Positions 54,549 to 64,000 of a stretch of DNA of 64,000 nt are shown here, piece by piece. Source of the DNA: Eledone cirrhosa (taxonomy: Eukaryota). The notes beneath the pieces were generated by a model. The model did not search any database, had not been told where the DNA came from, and saw only the letters and a list, made by a program, of their open reading frames with translations. Location: positions 17,298,001-17,362,000 of the forward strand of contig OZ024754.1 in the NCBI GenBank assembly GCA_964016885.1. Reading direction: 5' to 3'. Within the stretch, counting starts at the first letter, position 1. Every line of letters begins with the position of its first letter. A program made the translations under genes and the position numbers.

Positions 54549-57545
54549 TATCATCATCATCACTCGTCGACTACTGTCGAGATGATGGATCTCACTCTCA
54601 TGCCCCAGAATCCCCTGTCCCCCATCGCTGCCCCCAGGTCCTGTCTGCTGATTCCCGTTTCCCTAGAGATAACGTCAGGGAATGACAGCTTCCTACTCCT
54701 AGTCACGCTCGAGTCAGGGTTCCAGAGCAAGAGAGCGGATATGATTTCATTGCTGGCACGGTGACAGTGGCCAGCAAATTGAGCTCTCCGGGATTTTAGA
54801 AGGGCAGAGGCTCGAGGGAGTTTGCCATAGATTTTAGACAAGGTGGGATGTCGTTTCCAGGATAGGTTTTGCACTCTCATTAAGAGGCGGGTATATGTGC
54901 CATCCAATCTCCTCTCAAGTTGTGATGCTAGTGTCCAAGTTTCGGATCCATAAAGTAATATGGGCTTAATGGTTGCTTGGAATATTTCCAGTTTTAGCTT
55001 GTTGGTAAGTTGAGATGTCCATATGGCGTGCATGTCATTGCACGCTGACCATGCCATACCCTTCCTGGTTAGAAAATCTTTTTTGGAGGAGGAGATATAT
55101 GAGCCAAGATACTTGTAATCTTCCACCTGCTTCAGGGTGGTACCATTAAGGGTTCTGATGGGGTAGTTTGGGCTGTTTGCTCATCTGTTCACACACTCAG
55201 TCTTGGATTCGTTGAGGTACAGTCCAACACAGTTGGACGCTTGCTCTAATGACTTCAAAAGACTCTCAGCATTTTCCAGTGACCGACTGATCAATGCGAT
55301 GTCGTCAGCAAAGTCGGTGTCGGTCAAGTATTTTGCTGGGTAGCGTGAGCTTCTCCTAGGCTGTAGTTGGTTTCCCCTATCCTGAATCCTATCCACAGAC
55401 ATGCGCAAAATATAATTCACAACAATGATAAATAGATACGGAGCAAGGGTATCGCCCTGTAAAATTTCAGCGAGGATTGAGAAATGTGGTGTTTCCACAT
55501 CTGGGGTCAGGACAGTTGATTTGGTATCTGTATACATTACATGTATGGCCGCGATGATTTTATCAGGAATCCCATAGAGTTGTAGAATTTCAAACATCCC
55601 CGACCTGTCAACTGAGTCGAAGGCTTTTGAAAAATCAACAAAGATGAGTGCAAGGTCTAGATTGCGGTTTTGGGACTCCTCTATAAGTCGGCGAAGGCAG
55701 AGAATCTGGCTAAGTGTTGATCTACCTCTCCTAAATCCATTCTGGTTGTTACGAAGGATTGGCTCAAGAAATGGGATTAAGCGGTTAAGAAGAAGCTTGT
55801 TGTATATTTTTGCAGCAATTGCCATGAGAGAAATTCCTCTATAGTTGGTGGCTAAAGAAAGATCTCCTTTTTTGGGCATGGGGATAATTTGAGCTGCATG
55901 CCAGACGCTAGGTGGTTTATTGGTCTCGAAAGTATGGTTACATAAGTTGAGCAAAAGGATGTGGAAATGCTCATCCTTCCAAATCAGGGTAGGTATATTA
56001 TCCGGCCCAAAGGCTTTTGAGGCTTTGAGCTGTTTGATGGCTTCTTTGAGCTCAGGCATGGTGAAAGGAGAGGTGTTGATTCCTAAAGGCTCTGAAACCT
56101 GAACGGATGGCAGTTGATAGTTATCAGGGAGTCTGGCCTTTTTCCCTAGAAGGTTTTTAAAATGAGCAGGCCAATTTTCAAGACGTTTTTTGGCAGAGCC
56201 TCCTTTGATTCTAACTGCAGAGTTTGAGTTTTTGCCTGAAAGATCTTTGACAACCTTCCAAGCAAGATGATGGTGTTTGCTGTGATGTTGCGATAGCTGA
56301 TCAATCCTACCTGAGATATAGTCGGCTTCAGCATTAAGATAAGCGTCGTCTAGTGATTTCTTGGCCATGATAAGCTGTATCTTTTTCCCTTGAGATGGTG
56401 ATTGATGGTGAGATTGGGATATTGACCTAAGATGGGCCCTTGCCTCAACTACCTTCTCTGAGGCACTAGGTTTCATTTGGCTTCGGGTTTTCTTTTTAGG
56501 TAGGGTAGCAAGTGCAACTTCCTCTGTTGATTGCTTAAGACAGTCATACACATCCTCAATATTATCGTCATTGATGTCAGAAGTTGAGAGAGATTGAAAT
56601 CTGTTATAGACTTGAAGCGTGAAGCTATTGGATAGTTGTTTGTTGGAAGAAACGGCTTTCCAGTCTATTCTTTTCATGGGATGAGGTTCGGCTCTCTTGG
56701 ATATCCTGAGGCTAAGTTTGATTGTTGCCGAGATGAGTCGATGATCTGAGCCAACAGAGCTAAAGGAGGAATAAGATCTAGAATCTTTGATTGAGTTTCT
56801 CCATTTCTTGCGAAATATCAAATAGTCAATCTGAGCTCGTTTTGGGTTTGGGTATTCGAAGGTCCAAAGCCGGCCTCTGGTCTTCATGAAGCTGTTGTTT
56901 GAGCTGAATAGACTGAATTCTTCCATGAAGTCCTTGAGATATTCCCGTTTCGGTTAGTAACCCTATTGTATGTGAACTTTACTTCATCCGGGCCAAGTTG
57001 AGCGTTTAGGTCTCCAGCGATGATAAGAAAGTTGTGTAAGGGTACTTGCTCAACAACTGTGCGAAGGGTCGTGTAGAATTCTCTTACCTCATCCTCAGGA
57101 GAGGGGGTATGAGGACTGTATACACATATCGCAGTGGTTCTAGGATTGCCCTCTAGTGTAAGCACCAAGATTCTGGGAGAGATTGTTTCAATCCCCAGAA
57201 GATTATTGCTGGCTTTAGATGAGAGAAGGCAGCCGACTCCTCCGACGGAGGCATTGACAGGGTTCTTGGTGGCTGAAGAGGTGACAAGTTGGTAGGATCC
57301 TAGGGTGTGATACTTGAGATTATCCTTTGGGTGGAAAAAGCGGTGTTCTTGGACCGCAAGGATGTCAATGTTCTGAAGTTTGGCATTCTCTGCCAGCTCC
57401 CGGAGTCTACCTGTTGGAAGGAGGGTTCTGGTGTTCAAGGAGCCGACTATTATTTGCTTTTTACAGCTAACTAAGCGAGATTTGCTTGTTGTTTGGTTAG
57501 GACCTGTTTCTTCTCCATCATATGAACCCCGTCCCTTGAGATTTG
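54549..57545 (-). mobile_element. RTE-group LINE, near full-length APE-RT ORF with few frameshifts, (GAT)n tail
   Basis: LAVQEHR, AGDLNA, SDHRL, NYRGISL, FVDFSKAFD, ILQGDTLAPYLF, DFADD, YGSETW. Confidence 0.92.
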
Positions 57546-58790
57546 AATGCCTCAACAGCATTAAGTGCTTTATTAAACAGTGTTATTCTAGCAACATACT
57601 TTTGATGGGAGACTTTAAACAACCCTGTGTTGATTGGTCTACAAACAGTTTGAAACCAGGCACTCCCACCTCAACCACTGACAAAGAAGCAGTAGAGTCA
57701 CTTCTCGACTTTATGAATGAGTTTTTCTTGTCCCAACCTGTCCTTGCACTAACAAGGCACCAGAAGAACATTTTAGACCTAGTGTTTAGTAACCACACTA
57801 ACACTATACATAATATTACAGTGGAAAAAAACCTTCTCTCAGACCATGACATGGTTCTTTGTAACCTGAGATTCCACCAGTCGAAAGCTAATCCTAGTGA
57901 CCTATTTCCAGCCCACCCATTTGATAACATGGATCTCTATAATGCCAACTGGGATGCAACCATGAACGAGCTATTAGATGTTGACTGGGCTTTTACGCAT
58001 GCACACATCTCCACCAACATCAAAACATCTTGGCAGATCTTTGTAGACACTGTCACAAATATATGTGCAAAAAACACCCCACCAAGACCTGTGAACAAAA
58101 CTAAGTGCAGTATCCCACAAAACAGAAAAACTATTATCAGAAAAATAAAAAGAACAAACAAAAAAATTAACACACTAAAATACTGCCAACAGCAACACAC
58201 ACATTCAACAGCTATCGCCCTGCTTGAATCAAAAAATATAACCTCCAATAATGCATGAAGACCATCATCAATAACCAAAGAACAGATGAAGAGAAATGGG
58301 TCATTGAGAAAATCAAACTCAACCCCAATGTGTTCTTTTCATTTGCTAAAAAACACAAGGTCACTGTCCCCACTGTTGTGTGAGATACTGCAGAAACAAT
58401 ATTGCTCTGTTTTCAGCAATCCTGATATCGCCGATCTGGGCCGTATCAGTGATGTTAATCCCCAACACACTATATCGGACATAACGTTTGGCGCCCCTGA
58501 TGTCTTAGTGACAATAAACGAAATTAAACACAATTCAGCAGTAGGCCCCGATAGGTTCGCTGCTTGTGTCCTGAAGGTGTGTCGACACAAACTTGCATCT
58601 CCTCTTGCTAATCTGTGGAGGAACTCACTCGACACTGGCTATATTCCTGAAAACTTTCTGACCCAGTCCGTTGTCCCAGTTTTCAAAAAGGGAAACAAGT
58701 CCCTTGCAGTGAACTACCGCCCGATCCCACTCACCTCTCATATCATCAAGGTATTTGAGAGGGTGGTGAGATCATGAATAACCCACTTTC
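57545..58790 (+). mobile_element. Internal fragment of the same CR1/L2-group LINE family as 10874-15170
   Basis: Highly similar to the reverse complement of ~12230-13475. Confidence 0.9.
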
Positions 58791-58822
58791 CTTATGTTAG
58801 AAATCATTATTTTATTCTACAA

Positions 58823-59013
58823 CAGATCTGCCAACCTCTAAAAACCTCTAAAAATCTAAACGGAGAGTACCATGAAAAAAAGTGCCCCAAAATGTGGAGA
58901 AATGAGGCAAAATTGGGAGATAATGAAAGCATTTTTACAAGAGAAGACATCTCTCACCCATGCCAAAGTGGGTGTGAGAGTTCCCCGCCGGACAGGGGGA
59001 GTTGACAGGTCTG
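58823..59013. mobile_element. Short TIR element (MITE) with 6-bp TSD CTACAA
   Basis: CAGATCTGCCAAC ... GTTGACAGGTCTG (11/13 inverted match); CTACAA on both sides. Confidence 0.65.
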
Positions 59014-60843
59014 CTACAATTAATTTTGTTTTCTAACCGTAATATAAATAGAATTATATCCGTAAGCTTATTAGTTTTGACTTGCTAACTAAAAGTATTT
59101 ATCAATAGACTTCGATTTATTGCTCTGTAATTTCAATAAAGTTTGCTAAATATCATTTGATAGTTCTCTGTTATATTTGCTCATTTGAAATGATACATTT
59201 CCCAAATATAATTCTAATATGTTATGTTGGTGTCACTTTGATTGTGTTCAATATTAAATCTCTCTTGTAACAATTGAAATTGAAATGTAAAAATCTTGTT
59301 TATTCTAAACATAACCAAAAAAGTTGAACACTATTTCAATATCCTGTTAGTATTCATGTCTAATATATACATCAACAGTTGATTACTACCTCTTTCAATT
59401 TGTATTAATGCATAGTTTTTTTCTTTTACTCTTTGTTTAAAAGCAGATTAAAGAGCATAAATTAAATGTTGTATAGTAAACTCGTTTCTGAATTATTGTA
59501 TTGTCTTATATGTAGATTCGCAGGGCGGCAGAGTCGTTAGAATGTCGAATGCTTTGTGGTATTGGTTCTGACTCTCTGAGTTCAAATCCCGTCGAGGTCA
59601 ACTTTGTCTTTCATCCTTTCAACGTTGATAAAAAAAGTACCAGTCAAGTACTGAGGTCGATTTTTCTTCTATACCTCTTTCTCCCTTTCATTCTCTCTCT
59701 ATCCTTCTCGGGAAGAACTTTGCTGTGTTCAGACCTGGAGAGGAGGTACGCATTCTGTGTTGAATACATAGGACATATCTTACCTTCAACCCCATACGAC
59801 CCGGGGTGAGGGTAGACCTCGGCTCTACCTTTTTCCTATTTACAAACTAAGATAGAGGAAACCCCAAGCATACTTAGGTAGAAGTAGAAATTTTTTCTTC
59901 TTTTCTTCTTTTCTTCTTTCTTCATTAGTTACACACTCTAATTACACTTAGGTGGATCTTTACGCTATTATATTCTGTTTCCATTTTTCCTTAGATTAAC
60001 CCTAGTATTTTCACTCCTGTTAAATATACATACCACATACGGTCGAACACATGCCGGGGGGGGGGGGGTTGTATCATTATGGAAGATAATTGTTTCTACT
60101 TTGGGAACAAGGCCAGCAATTATCCAGTGAATTACTGGTACTTTATTTTATCGACCCCGTAAGGATGAAAGGCAAAGTTAACCTCGGCGGGATTTGAACT
60201 CAGATCATAAAGGGAGGTAACTCTATGCTTCAAGGCATGGCGTCCGACCCTCTACCGATACTGCCAATCCAAGATAATATTGATATATTACTACATTGAA
60301 GTGCTGTTCTAGTGTATTAGAGTAACTAATAACTTAATTTTATTAATTAAGAATTTAGAATTAAATTATATTTGCTTTGCTCCTTAGCCAATGTTAGACC
60401 TGGCATACTCATATTAACTCTACAATATTCCTTCTTTCTCATCGGTTCTTCCCCCCTTTAGAGATAGCTGTAAAGAATTCTCTCTTAACGCATGACCGAC
60501 CTAGCATCCACAGGTCAGAATGTCATCTTCCTCCCTCCCCTTTGTTCTACAGGCAAGTTCGGACCACACCCACCACCCGCCGCTATGAAGGAATTTAACT
60601 ATGTATATGACATCCCAAAATCTTTGACCACTCCCCGTGACAGAAAAGAAAAACAACATTTTTTAGAATTGTTTGATATTATACTACTGCTACGTTTTTA
60701 TTACATGCCCATATATGGATTGTACCCCTTGATAAGTTCAGCTAGATTACTACCGTCCTAACACTACTGGGTTAGTTCATATCTAGCTGTCGAAATGGCC
60801 GGAGCTCAGTCGTCAGAGTCCTGACTATTTTCATATATATATA

Positions 60844-61583
60844 TAAATGTAATCTGAGTTTTTCGAATATTGATAATAATATTCGATTCGTTTGCAATTG
60901 TGCAAACAGCCTCTTTTATAAGCCATGTCGGAAGAATGAGCCCCTCATTCTCGCTCTTGTGTTGGCATGCAGTCCGATCAGTCACTGTATATTTCACAAA
61001 ATATATATTTTCACTAGCTCTGACAGTTGGCAGGTGAACAGTGAACTGCACTGATAAAGGGTAATACCCAGAAACATTAGTTTCTGAAAATCTGTTTACA
61101 TGCAAACACAAGAGCAATATTATTATTAATATTCGAAAACCTCAAATTACATTTATTGTTTTCAGCCATGTAGAGCGATAACTAGTAGTTACTTATTTGA
61201 ATATGGCAAAGCCGGCCATTAATCGCTCGTATACATGAAACTGACTGGCCTATCTGCTGATATACACATCAGGCCGATCAGTCACTGTATATTTTAGAAA
61301 ATATCAGAAAAATATTTCAGAAAAATATTTTCGCTCGCTCTGACAGTTGGCAGGTAAGCAGTAAACTGCACTGATGAAGGGTAATACCCAGAAACATTAG
61401 TGTCTGCCGTTCTGTTTGCATGCCAACATAAGAGCGAAATTGAGGGGTTCATTGTACTGACATGGCTTATAAAAGAGGCTGTTTGCATAATTGCAAACGA
61501 ATCAAATATTATTATTAATATCCGAAAAACTCAGATTACATTTATTGTATTCAGCCATGTACAGCGATAACTAGTTGTTATAT
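60844..61583 (+). mobile_element. Non-coding HHR element: inverted piece plus two tandem copies
   Basis: 60844-60970 is the reverse complement of 61418-61546; 60974-61190 repeats 61274-61580 with an internal deletion. Confidence 0.8.
61368..61407 (+). ncRNA. Type-I hammerhead motif (degenerate tandem copy 61048-61087)
   Basis: GCA-CTGATGA-A-GGGT-aat-ACCC-A-GAAA-CA-ttag-TG-TC-TGC. Confidence 0.75.
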
Positions 61584-61584
61584 G

Positions 61585-61620
<36 letters not shown>

Positions 61621-61821
61621 CGAAGGAAATGTGGTAAGGAACCAGATGGACCATAACGCACCAAAGTACTCAATACTTAGGGTAGTAGAGTGGGTAATAG
61701 GAACAAGTATGACCCCGACGGCAGAGCTCAAGCCGTTTCGACGGCTAATTCTGGACGGCAAATTGAGTCCAGAATTAGCCGTCGAAACGGCTTGAGCTCT
61801 GCCGTTGGGGTCATACTTGTT

Positions 61822-61904
<83 letters not shown>

Positions 61905-62019
61905 TCAGGTTATCAATAATGTAGTGATAATATATCGTTACGTTAGAGATGAACAGCGTACGTGCAGGTTTGCTCAACGAGTATACAGTTGAGCAACTAA
62001 TTCAGCATACGCCTCTAAA

Positions 62020-64000
62020 ATGGAAAGGCACCAATTGGATATGTCGTTAAAAAACATACCTATTCAGGCAAAAAGGGAATCTATTCTAGGTATGATACGA
62101 AGGACCAATGATTTTATTCGACAAATCAGATGGAAAACATTCCATTTTGACAAAAGCCGTATAAACCAAACATCGGATCTTAACAAGGATAAATTTGGAT
62201 TTAAATCTTACAAGAACCCACCCTCAAACCCACTTTTGGATGCATTTGAAGAAGACCTAATGGATATGATCATGGAGATCAAATTTACAAAACGGAAGAA
62301 CAATAAACTACAGAATTACATCACTGCACTGCTCAATAATCTAAAAAACGCCAATGGAATTATTGTTAGAGCAGACAAAACATCAAACGTATATACCATG
62401 GATGTGGACACTTACAATAACTTCATCCGTAAGGAATTGCATAAAAAATACAGGAAAACTAATGAAGCTACACTTAAAAACATCAACAACTCGGCATGTG
62501 ATATTGTTAAAAAACTTTGTATTGACGATAGAACGCAACCCTTAACACCAGCTATACCATCCTTCAACCTGAAGGACCACAAGGTAAACTTCGATACTAA
62601 CCCTAATATTAGACTTATATGCCCCTCTAAATCTGATATAGGCAAAATTAGCAAATATATACTAGACAGAATTATCCCCCAAGTTAAGGTTAAAGTAGAG
62701 ATTAAACTATGGGGTAACACTCATGAAGCAATAAGATGGTTTAATAACATTACTGATAAGAAAAAAATCAAAATTTATTCAGTTTGATATTGATGAATAT
62801 TATTCCTCAATTTCACCTGATACTCTACATGAAGCTCTTTCGTTTGCTAAGGATAATTCCAACCTTACGGATGCTGAAATTAAAATTATTATGGAAGCGA
62901 GGAAAACTATAGTTAAATTCGATGATAGCTACTGGGTTCGCAAAGATAGACCTTCTAATTTTGATATCACTATGGGTTCTAATGATTCGGCGGAAGTAAC
63001 AGATCTTGTGGGAATTTATATCACCCACAGATTACAAGGAAAATTCAAGGATCTCCACGGTGGAATCTACCGTGACGATGCGCTCCTATTAGTTAAGCAT
63101 ATGAATAACCAGAATTTAGAAAGGATGCGTAAAAATATCTGAAAGCTTTTTAAGGAACTAGGATTAAATATTACATTTGAATATAACCTCAAAGAGGTCA
63201 ATTTCCTTGATGTTACTTTCAATCTCAATACAGATACGATTAAACCGTTCCATAAACTAAATGAGAACCTTAAATATGTAAATACGAGTTCTAACCATCC
63301 ACTCTCTATAATTAAATCCATCCCTAGAAATGTTTCTCTTAGAATCTCCCGCCTATCGTCCAACCAACAAACCTTCAAAGAACATGCCGAATATTATGAT
63401 GATGCACTTAGGAAAGCCGGTCACCTAGATAATATAGAGTATATAGTCAAAGATCACCAAAACACCCAAAATAAATCCCATAGGAGTAGAAATAGCACAG
63501 AATCACCACCATACATACACTACCGCAATAGGCACAATAATAGTCGCACACCACCAAACAGAAGGCGATGTAAGGAGTATATTTGGTACAACCCGGTCTA
63601 TAACAACTCTATTAAAACCAATCTACCCTCAAAATTCTTTCGATTAGTTAAAAAACACTTTCCAACATCACATAAATATAATAAAATCTTAAACCCTAAC
63701 ACTATTCGACTTTCATATTCAACCGCCCCTAATATTGAACAACATATAAAAAAGCTTAACGCAAAACGGTTGTATAAACGCCTTCCAACACATAACAATA
63801 CACGTAAAACATTAGCTATAACATCACAAAACAACAAACAACATCCTGTCCTACATAAGCAACCTCATCAACCCATCCATGGCAATACAACAACGCAAAA
63901 TTATAATTGCAACTGTGTCCAACCAGGAATGTGTCCGTTGAACAATCAGTGTCTTGAACGCAACATCGTATACAAATGTACTATCGAATCGGATAGACAG
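62020..64000 (+). pseudogene. PLE polyprotein (RT into linker/GIY-YIG), one frameshift (~62765) and one in-frame TGA (63140-63142); runs off the window
   Basis: SLKNIP, ADKT, PSKSDIG, KFIQFDI, FDITMGS, GGIYRDD, IWYNP, CNCVQPGMCPLNNQCL. Confidence 0.9.

Noticed and set aside
57380-58258. 292-aa chimeric ORF
   Set aside because: Spans the junction of an antisense RTE 5' end and a CR1-group fragment

Overview
AT-rich eukaryotic, non-genic DNA; a cephalopod (Octopus-like) origin is inferred from the repeat style and is not proven. No host protein-coding gene is supportable. Most of the window is a dense nest of retroelements inserted into (TA)n/(CA)n microsatellites. It holds several Penelope-like elements (PLEs), including a near-intact RT+GIY-YIG copy at ~33750-38511 flanked by ~905-bp direct pseudo-LTRs. 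It also holds CR1/L2-group and RTE-group LINEs, tRNA-derived SINEs, two MITEs, and 35-bp and 61-bp tandem arrays. The main hidden signal, found by hand-folding and not by a covariance search, is a collection of about a dozen families (>20 copies) of type-I hammerhead ribozyme (HHR) motifs in the short non-coding modules between TA tracts. They include U3-A8 compensatory core variants, a family with a CAGAAGA core, and family-specific palindromic stem III sequences. These modules mostly occur as fold-back (inverted) insertions whose two ends both abut (TA)n. Coordinates were counted manually and may be off by a few bases.
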